From NCBI GenBank assembly GCA_933226995.1, contig CAKOFP010000149.1, positions 1 to 15,357 of the forward strand: 15,357 nucleotides of DNA, read 5' to 3'. Both the position numbers and the translations under genes were made by a program. How positions within the stretch are numbered: position 1 is the stretch's first letter; each line of letters begins with the position of its first letter. A model generated the notes under the pieces. The model was not told the origin of the DNA. It made no database searches and saw only the letters and a list, made by a program, of their open reading frames with translations. Origin of the DNA: Candidatus Nitrosopolaris rasttigaisensis. GTDB taxonomy: Archaea > Thermoproteota > Nitrososphaeria > Nitrososphaerales > Nitrososphaeraceae. Positions 6,463 through 12,815 of this stretch are shown here, piece after piece.

Positions 6463-8121
6463 TTGCAACATGCGAATTATGATAAAGAACATGGTCCAGC
6501 ACCAGAGTATGAAATCACTAAGGATCTTTCCGACTTAACTCTGATGTTTATTGTTGCATCCATTATCTACTTTCTAATTGCAGGTTCCATGGCAATTGTC
6601 ATGCGCGTAATACAGTCAAAGTTAATGCTAATGGGTGGAAACCAGCAAGAAACTTTTGGCCTTTTCTATGCTGCCTTGACAGTACATGGTCAAGTAATGT
6701 TCTTTGGATTTGCATCTATGGTTACAATAGGAATAAGCTATTATTTGATAAGCAAATTTGGAAAGAAACCACTATTTAGTATGAGATTGGCTATTTGGTC
6801 TTTTTCCTCCTTGAATGCTGGAGTAATACTTGTAATCGTGACAGGCACGATGTTTTTGGGTGCCGGCTGGTATGATTTGATGCCTCTTATATTCCATCCA
6901 GGAAATAATGGCTGGAGTACGCTTTCTGCTGTAGCGTTTTTAAACGCTCAAGTTCTGATTGCTGTAGGGATAACCTTATTTTGCATCAACATTATTGCTA
7001 CTGTTTTTTCAGGCAAGATTGGAGCTGGGTTGGAAAAGACAGAGCAAGCAGATGACGATAGACACAGCTCTAAATCAGATGAAGGAGATAAAGGCCGTGC
7101 TGATTTCTTGACTCTACAAGATATGCCCGGTACCACAAGGTGGATTTCCGTCTTAGGTATAAGCTCGTGGCTTCCAAAAAGGTCAAGACGTCTTGTACCA
7201 GCAGTCTCTGTAGTTGTGACTGGAGTATTTGTAAATGCGTTTGTACAGCTCATTGGCAATACCGGCCTCTACACACAATTAGCAACTGGCTTTTCATATT
7301 TGATGAATCCTAATTTTCAGCCAAACTGGCTGCTAACAAAAGATGCTTTTTGGTTCTTTGGACACCCTATCGTATATTTCACGTTATTTTCATTCCTTGG
7401 AGCAGTTTATTATTATATACCAAGATACACCAAGAAAACGGTTCCTTATGATAAGTGGGCATATAGGTCGTGGCCCTTTTATTTCATTTTTACGATGTTA
7501 GTCTTTCAGCATCACAGCTTTCTAGACATGCCAAATCCAGTCTGGTTTCAGATACTCTCACAAACGGCGAGTTTTGGTATTATATTTCCGTCAGGGCTCA
7601 CAATTATGACTGTAATGATGTATATTTTCCGTTCACGAATAAAATGGAACATTTCTTCAATGTTTTTCTTGGCTGGTATTGCAGGCTGGGCATATGGTGG
7701 ATTTAATGGTGCCCAAGAAGGATGGTGGGGAACAGACGTATACTTACATAACACGTTAAACGTAGTTGGACATATCCATCTAGTAATACTAACTGGTAGT
7801 ATGCTCTTTGCTTTGGGATTAATTTATTCTATTATACCGGATATTACAAAGAAGCGTCTTAATAGGACGCTTGGAGTAGTTCATTTGGTACTAACCGTTG
7901 TCGGGGGCTTTGGACTAGCGCTAATGTTTACATATCTGGGTTTTGCTGGCTTTATCAGAAGGGAGGCAGATGTACCTGCGCAGTTTAGCTGGGCTCTTAG
8001 CTGGCTCCTATTTTTTGCTCTTACAGTTGGGTTTGCCCAAATAGTGTTTTCTTATAACCTTTTTAAAACTTTAAAGCGAAAAGCTACTCAAGAGGAAGTA
8101 CAAAGTCTTAAAACCTCGTAA
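6463..8121 (+). CDS. coxA: Heme-copper oxidase subunit I (catalytic subunit)
   Basis: - 552 aa with 12 or more TM helices.
- H75 (TVHGQVMFFGF) is the low-spin heme ligand.
- FWFFGHPIVYF carries H301 (CuB) and Y305.
- H350-H351 are CuB ligands.
- GHIH carries H437 and H439 (heme ligands).
- The start must be TTG at 6463, because the first in-frame ATG would delete the conserved N-terminal segment. GGAG lies 12 nt upstream. Confidence 0.95.
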   Translation: MQHANYDKEHGPAPEYEITKDLSDLTLMFIVASIIYFLIAGSMAIVMRVIQSKLMLMGGNQQETFGLFYAALTVHGQVMFFGFASMVTIGISYYLISKFGKKPLFSMRLAIWSFSSLNAGVILVIVTGTMFLGAGWYDLMPLIFHPGNNGWSTLSAVAFLNAQVLIAVGITLFCINIIATVFSGKIGAGLEKTEQADDDRHSSKSDEGDKGRADFLTLQDMPGTTRWISVLGISSWLPKRSRRLVPAVSVVVTGVFVNAFVQLIGNTGLYTQLATGFSYLMNPNFQPNWLLTKDAFWFFGHPIVYFTLFSFLGAVYYYIPRYTKKTVPYDKWAYRSWPFYFIFTMLVFQHHSFLDMPNPVWFQILSQTASFGIIFPSGLTIMTVMMYIFRSRIKWNISSMFFLAGIAGWAYGGFNGAQEGWWGTDVYLHNTLNVVGHIHLVILTGSMLFALGLIYSIIPDITKKRLNRTLGVVHLVLTVVGGFGLALMFTYLGFAGFIRREADVPAQFSWALSWLLFFALTVGFAQIVFSYNLFKTLKRKATQEEVQSLKTS

Positions 8122-8143
8122 CATATGTTGAATACGTACATCA

Positions 8144-8151
8144 TTTTTTTT
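8144..8151 (+). terminator. T8 tract 23 nt after the coxA stop; candidate terminator
   Basis: The sequence catcattttttttgc lies directly downstream of TAA (8119-8121). Confidence 0.4.
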
Positions 8152-8466
8152 GCAAGCAATAATGCGCTTTCACATTTTCCAACTCTTCCCTGTTTGGCAG
8201 ATCCATTGCAAAATAATTGAATCCAATTTGATCAGGTTGAGCAGGCACAGTACCTATTCAGGGGTTTTCGTCTACTTTTCTGAACAACACAGGATCCAGA
8301 AATATAATTTACATTATTTTAAAATAGGCTAAACTAACGACCTTCGAGTGAGTTCTTTTTGAGTCGTAATCTATTAGAGGTCTAAACCTTTATACTTCCT
8401 TTCGTTAAAAAACGTGTGATTACAATTAGGATAGCAATTATTCTCGCTATGGCACTATTTGGTATA

Positions 8467-8667
8467 TCACTGATTTCCGCAGTGGCAGTTGCACCACACA
8501 CATGCGCTCCTGTCACAATCAAACAGTGATGATGATGGTATTAGTTCGATAGTCCCTGGGCTTGACAACGACGCAAAACGACTGACTTCACAAGCCAGTG
8601 ATTGCACTCCATTGCCACAACACATTGCTTGTTGAAGTGCTTTGTATTGTAGACGTGAGACATGCAT
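8467..8667 (-). CDS. Doubtful Cys-rich small ORF (66 aa, 8 Cys; C-terminus CDRSACVWCNCHCGNQ)
   Basis: The ORF is open, but it lies antisense to an equally plausible plus-strand signal-peptide mini-ORF (8416-8529). I see no clear promoter or SD. I cannot decide which strand, if either, is coding. Confidence 0.2.
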   Translation of the reverse strand: MHVSRLQYKALQQAMCCGNGVQSLACEVSRFASLSSPGTIELIPSSSLFDCDRSACVWCNCHCGNQ

Positions 8668-8965
8668 AGATATTTAGGCGTGGTGAGCAAGTCAGATTCC
8701 CTGGGTAATCCTTTGAGTCCCGCCTAACAAGCAGTGAGTCTGCCTATTTCTGTAATATTACAACGCTAACAAAATACTAAAAGTTAACGAAGGTGTGCTG
8801 TATTTAATACGGCAAAACCCATTTATAGAATAGATCAGTAGGTTGCTGACATTTTGTCAGTAGAATCCTTAAATATCATAGAATTTGGGTCAAGTTAATT
8901 CTTCTGGCAATGGGAATTAGCTCTGATTTGGATCTTTATGGTAGATTTCGATATGCTCCGAATGA

Positions 8966-9148
8966 TTAACTCGATGTCTCTGATTGCCGTCTTATTTCAT
9001 CGTATAGTTCCATCGTCTTAGGAGCATTGATAATGGCAGCCTTATCCTTTTCCGAAGCTAGAATAAAGCTTTAGAGACCAGTTGCGATACTAGTAATCTT
9101 ATACTTGTATTTGAGGCCAACATGAAGGTTAGTTATTATGGCTTCTTT
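8966..9148 (-). pseudogene. Stop-interrupted reading frame (gene relic), function unknown
   Basis: Hand translation gives KEAIITNLHVGLKYKYKITSIATGL*SFILASEKDKAAIINAPKTMELYDEIRRQSETSS*. The composition is protein-like, but there is an internal TAA (9071-9073) and no start codon. Confidence 0.35.
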
Positions 9149-9451
9149 CTAAATATTGACAATGATAGTACTACGAACAGCAACAGGTACTTCAGGTAAT
9201 GGTAATGGAAACGGATACAACGGCGGTGTATCAATGTAGTAAACTGTAATCCAAACACAGATCAGATAATATGATTTGATAGAGCTAGTTATGGACAATG
9301 CAATCTTGGCGACAATTTCGTTGCTAATTGTCACATTCTCACTTTTAGGAAAATCGGAACTGACTCTCTTTGAGCCCCTCAAATGATACTTGTCGCTGTA
9401 ATTTTTCCAACGAATGTGTCTTTTGTCACATGTAGAGTTTATGTATAGAGA
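9149..9451 (-). pseudogene. Start-less open frame (possible gene relic); includes tracked ORF 9149-9382
   Basis: The frame is open from the stop at 9452-9454. It reads SLYINSTCDKRHIRWKNYSDKYHLRGSKRVSSDFPKSENVTISNEIVAKIALSITSS... There is no ATG; only an internal TTG at 9382. Confidence 0.25.
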
Positions 9452-9611
9452 TTACATGTCTGAAACTCGGTTTACCGACATTGCTCGGATTTCCGACCAT
9501 AAAAAATAGGAACTTTGGAATGGACCTAGTATATATAGAACCTAATTAGCTAATGCTTTTTCTATGCAAGAGCTAATTAAAATGATCTAAAAATAATAGA
9601 AGATAAGCACA

Positions 9612-9860
9612 TTAAGGCACATCAACGCCCCACGTCAATCTTGGTAGTAGCAACTGGTATTTTTTGATTAATTCATGGTAAGTTGCAACAATTCTGTCTC
9701 GAATATACTGCTTATCCATCATATCCCAATCTTCATCTTCCTTGGCCAATCGGATTTCTTTTTGACAGAATTTGATTTCCCCCTCAACTGTTTGTTTTAG
9801 TAAGAGGCATTCCTCTCTCGTAAATTCACAATGGCGTACTGTTTCGTCACTATATGACAT
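9612..9860 (-). CDS. Hypothetical small acidic helical protein (82 aa), immediately downstream of the integrase fragment
   Basis: Clean ATG-to-stop ORF with a coding-like composition (MSYSDETVRHCEFTREECLLLKQTVEGEIKF...). It lies on the same strand as 9908-10366, 47 nt downstream. I recognise no family. Confidence 0.5.
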   Translation of the reverse strand: MSYSDETVRHCEFTREECLLLKQTVEGEIKFCQKEIRLAKEDEDWDMMDKQYIRDRIVATYHELIKKYQLLLPRLTWGVDVP

Positions 9861-9907
9861 TAATAGACAATAGAACCTAGTCCCCTAAACCTTTTTTCCT
9901 TCTCTCT

Positions 9908-10366
9908 TCAGCAACTGCTTTCAAGGTAGCCATTTCTTGTTCCCATTTTTTTGAGCCGGCTTCTACTTGCTTTTTCTCCTCTTGAAGTGCTGCTACTCGT
10001 TGGCAGACTCCGCAGTTTTTTCACCTGTGCTTTTAAGGATTCAATCTCTGCAATCTTTTCCTCCAACACTTCTACTTTTGTTTTCAATCTGTTTTCTTCG
10101 TTGATGGTTAAATCATCTACAACTTTCAGATATGCTTCTAACAACTCTTCTGGCCTAGGCATTACATAGGAATCCTCAACGTCTATAGTATGACCTGTCA
10201 GAATCTTTCTATACTCGCTATCAAGCTTAACACTTTTCATTGTATTGGTACAGAATTTCCTAAGTCCATGCACTGTAGGAATTGCACCCCTGAATTGCCC
10301 AAGTTTTTCGCCCTTCTTTTCTGTGATGGCATGACGTGAACTCTTTATATTACAGTGTCCGTTCAT
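9908..10366 (-). pseudogene. 5'-truncated tyrosine recombinase (phage-type integrase): C-terminal catalytic remnant plus coiled-coil tail
   Basis: It contains only the distal catalytic motifs: HGLRKF (HxxR), LTGH (His) and SYV (nucleophile Tyr), followed by EELLEAYLKVVDDLTI and a heptad-like tail. The N-terminal core-binding domain and the first catalytic Arg/Lys region are absent. A TAG lies immediately upstream of the ATG, and I saw no integrase-like continuation upstream: the same frame has further stops and the region is AT-rich. Confidence 0.7.
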
Positions 10367-10392
10367 CTACCCATTTGAGAAATAAAGAAAAT

Positions 10393-10617
10393 GTGATCAT
10401 TTATGTCCTATTTTTACTGACTTCGACAGCTGTACTAATACTAGTAGTATCAATCCACCCTGCCAACGCCAGTACTTCGGCCGCATTGTCGAGGCCACAC
10501 ATTCTTCGCTATACCGCCGTAGGAATAGGTGCAGCAGTTATCATAGCTGTAGGTGTAATCCTATATATGAAAAGACGCCGTAGCATTTCAAGCGGAGACG
10601 CACCTAAGAGATACTAG
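10393..10617 (+). CDS. Small bitopic membrane or secreted protein: signal-like helix plus C-terminal TM anchor and a basic tail
   Basis: The tracked ORF is 10336-10617. The likely start is GTG at 10393 (or TTG at 10375), giving (M)IIYVLFLLTSTAVLILVVSIHPANA..., then AVGIGAAVIIAVGVILYMKRRR. The start is uncertain. Confidence 0.45.
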   Translation: MIIYVLFLLTSTAVLILVVSIHPANASTSAALSRPHILRYTAVGIGAAVIIAVGVILYMKRRRSISSGDAPKRY

Positions 10618-10775
10618 GAGCAGGGTTCATACTGGACCACGCCAGTCTAATGATCATTTCATATCAAACACGCCGCACCAACAAAAACCGATGGATGGCA
10701 GATTACTCCGGAAGGTTTGTTAATTAAGAATTCTCGCATGGAAGTTGCTACTTACTTTATCAGCTGCCTATCTTC

Positions 10776-11057
10776 TCAAACTCTCGCTTGGGGATCGTGT
10801 AAGAACACCTTTTGTCTAACATTGATATCTAATCCATATCCTAGAAAATTGTCGTCAAGCAATATTCGACTTGTGAAATAACCAACATCTACACAAATAG
10901 TGGCATGGATATCATTTGTCAATGTCATTTGTCCTGATTGCAATTTTTTAAACTGCGGCCCATGAAAGCAATCTCTAGCTACTATCAAACAAGGTTTGCT
11001 GTCTCCATCTAAATATTCGTACGAGCATAATTCCCACACTTTTATAAACCACGGCAA
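10776..11057 (-). CDS. Hypothetical protein (93 aa), possibly a fragment
   Basis: The ORF is open with a plausible composition. However, its first ~6 codons overlap the TATA-like box of usp (ttttataaa, 11040-11048), and only 24 bp separate the two starts. The true start may be internal (M44), or the ORF may be a relic. Confidence 0.35.
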   Translation of the reverse strand: MPWFIKVWELCSYEYLDGDSKPCLIVARDCFHGPQFKKLQSGQMTLTNDIHATICVDVGYFTSRILLDDNFLGYGLDINVRQKVFLHDPQARV

Positions 11058-11081
11058 ACACTAGAACATTTGACCCGTTAA

Positions 11082-11549
11082 ATGGAAAAAAATGTTGATG
11101 GAGGACTAGCAACAGTAAAAAAGATATTGACACCAATTGATAGATCTGGATATAAAGAAAAAATTCTGGCATTTGCGATATCCCTAGGAAAAGCATGGGG
11201 AGCGGAAATAACAGCCATACATGTGATTGATCCGGGCCGTGGTGTACCTGGCGGTAGAGTTAAAGAAAAGGAACTGGAGAGAGAAGAAGAAGCGAAGAGA
11301 GAGGCGGAAATTTTACTAGTTCAGTCTGTTGACCCTTTGGCACACAAAGAAGGAATTAATATAAAAAAAGATGTTGTTGAAGAATCTGACTCAGTTGCAA
11401 AATCGATAATTGGCTATGCAAAGAAGAACAATATGGACGTTATCGTGATTGGTACTAAGGGTATGACTGCAGTGGAAGATTTTTTTTTAGGAAGCGTCGC
11501 CAATAATGTCATTCACCATGCACATTGTTCAGTATTTGCAATCCGCTGA
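11082..11549 (+). CDS. Universal stress protein (UspA family)
   Basis: Matches the Usp pattern KKILTPIDRSGYKEKILAFAISLGKAWGAEITAIHVID ... VIVIGTKGMTAVEDFFLGSVANNVIHHAHCSVFAIR, which includes the G-x2-G-x9-GS ATP-binding-type motif. Confidence 0.9.
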   Translation: MEKNVDGGLATVKKILTPIDRSGYKEKILAFAISLGKAWGAEITAIHVIDPGRGVPGGRVKEKELEREEEAKREAEILLVQSVDPLAHKEGINIKKDVVEESDSVAKSIIGYAKKNNMDVIVIGTKGMTAVEDFFLGSVANNVIHHAHCSVFAIR

Positions 11550-11712
11550 TGTCTCGAATGATTGTGTTCAATAAATCATTTTGAGATTGTATAATGTTGA
11601 TCGATCTAGAGAAGATAATGACGGCGTATCTGTAGATAATGTTATGGTCTGTGGATACAGTAACGTCCTAAGGAGTAGCTTAGAACTCACGAGAAAGTAA
11701 TATTATTCAAAG

Positions 11713-12120
11713 ATGTCTGCCGGCATCACAAAGAAGAAACAATGGCAAATATTTTCTTCATTCAGTAGAATGGTTTTTGGAGCTCAAAAATTGATCGGAA
11801 AGGCTCAATACTCATCGAAACTTGAAGCAATCGGCTGCATTGAAATGCCGGAATTTGCAACTGCAGGCTGTAGCAAGCTTGATTATTTGATATACAATGC
11901 TGAGATCAAGGAGATACTGGTTAGCCCCCAGCACAACAACAACATCTATTTCGTTACTGAAAAGGAAAAAGCGTACTCAAACGAGCTTCAACGCCAACAA
12001 AACCCTCAAATATGCAGTTCAACTCATGAATCTGGTCATAATGTTAAGCGTTCCCGATCGCAGACGACACACCACCCAAATTTACCGTATTCGACTTGGA
12101 TATATACTTCTGAGAACTAG
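11713..12120 (+). CDS. Hypothetical protein (135 aa), weak call
   Basis: ATG ORF ending 17 nt before the MOSC start. The C-terminal third is low-complexity. A TATA-like gatatatact (12099-12108) inside its 3' end may be the MOSC promoter. Confidence 0.35.
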   Translation: MSAGITKKKQWQIFSSFSRMVFGAQKLIGKAQYSSKLEAIGCIEMPEFATAGCSKLDYLIYNAEIKEILVSPQHNNNIYFVTEKEKAYSNELQRQQNPQICSSTHESGHNVKRSRSQTTHHPNLPYSTWIYTSEN

Positions 12121-12137
12121 TATAATTGCAGACATCA

Positions 12138-12815
12138 ATGAAGATACTTTCTGTGAATGTGTCTCTTCCACGTGAGGTACTCTTTAATGACCAAGTTGTT
12201 ACCACAGGAATTTTCAAAGAACCGGTAGAAGGTCGTATTAATCTTCACAAACTTAACCTAGATGGTGATAAGCAAGCAGATTTGACCGTACATGGCGGAA
12301 TCGACAAGGCTGTCTACTCATACCCTGCAGAACATTATGAGTACTGGCAACGGGAATTTCCTAAAACAAGAATGGCTTGGGGCATGTTCGGAGAAAATTT
12401 CACGACCGAGGGATTAATGGAAAATGCTGTTAATATTGGTGACAGGTTCCAAATTGGTTCTGCGAAATTAGTGGCGACGCAACCTCGAATGCCTTGCTAC
12501 AAACTCGGAGTTAAATTTGGACGAATGGATATTATCAGACAGTTTCTAGCCAGTGGTCGTCCTGGAATTTATTTTAGAGTATTGCAAGAAGGAAAAGTTG
12601 GAGCTGGTGATTCAATACATCTTATCAGTAGGAACACGAACAATATCACAGTCAACGATATAGTACAGTTGTATACTCGTGACAAAAAGAATATTGAGAA
12701 GATGCAACGAGCAGCTAGAATTAAAGACTTGCCTGCAGGATGGAGATTCCATTTCCTTGAAAGAATTTCTGAAATAGACAAATCTATAGGAGTCACTGGT
12801 TCAATTGCAAAGTAA
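12138..12815 (+). CDS. MOSC domain protein, YiiM-like
   Basis: The pattern MKILSVNVSLP...GIFKEPV...L.LDGDKQADLTVHGGIDKAVYSYPAEHYEYW...FGENFTTEGL.E..V.IGD.F.IG.A.L..TQPR.PCYKL aligns by eye along its length with E. coli YiiM. The tracked ORF starts at TTG 12126; ATG at 12138 is the more likely start. Confidence 0.9.
   Translation: MKILSVNVSLPREVLFNDQVVTTGIFKEPVEGRINLHKLNLDGDKQADLTVHGGIDKAVYSYPAEHYEYWQREFPKTRMAWGMFGENFTTEGLMENAVNIGDRFQIGSAKLVATQPRMPCYKLGVKFGRMDIIRQFLASGRPGIYFRVLQEGKVGAGDSIHLISRNTNNITVNDIVQLYTRDKKNIEKMQRAARIKDLPAGWRFHFLERISEIDKSIGVTGSIAK

Larger units (their letters stand above)
8152..11057. mobile_element. Putative decayed integrated element or accessory islet between coxA and usp; boundaries not defined
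   Basis: It contains a 5'-truncated tyrosine recombinase (9908-10366), stop-interrupted frames (8966-9451), orphan small ORFs and long ORF-free stretches. I found no flanking direct repeats or tRNA by eye. Confidence 0.3.

Noticed and set aside
4304-7754. Tracked ORFs 4304-4522, 5331-5606, 6948-7259, 7470-7706 and 7548-7754
   Set aside because: All are nested in alternative frames or antisense within the CtaG-like, cupredoxin and coxA genes, whose motifs fix the true frame.
8150-8332. Tracked 60-aa ORF after coxA. I considered it as a possible small oxidase subunit.
   Set aside because: It has no hydrophobic helix, as small oxidase subunits would have. It begins inside the oligo-T terminator and has no SD.
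8526-8585. Possible archaeal C/D-box sRNA: GTGATGA at 8526 and CTGA at 8582, 60 nt apart
   Set aside because: There are no credible internal D' or C' boxes and no terminal complementary stem. The C-box-like string is just the (TGA)3 run.
8900-10420. SSV-type split integrase: int(C) at 9908-10366 and a putative int(N) relic at 8966-9148 flanking a mini-provirus
   Set aside because: The order along the strand fits. However, the int(C) piece lacks the proximal catalytic residues that SSV-type int(C) retains, the supposed int(N) similarity is only an impression, and I found no direct repeats between the 8900-8970 and 10330-10420 regions.
8640-10760. tRNA gene or att site next to the integrase fragment
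   Set aside because: I scanned both strands by eye for T-arm (GGTTCRAnTCC-like) and acceptor/CCA patterns, including GGGTTCATACTGG at 10623-10635 and the small hairpin at 8846-8860. None forms a cloverleaf. A proper tRNA scan is still needed.
9951-11196. Tracked ORFs 9951-10169 (+) and 10975-11196 (-)
   Set aside because: The first is antisense to the integrase fragment. The second runs antisense across the usp start and promoter and translates to a Leu/Phe-rich sequence with no features.
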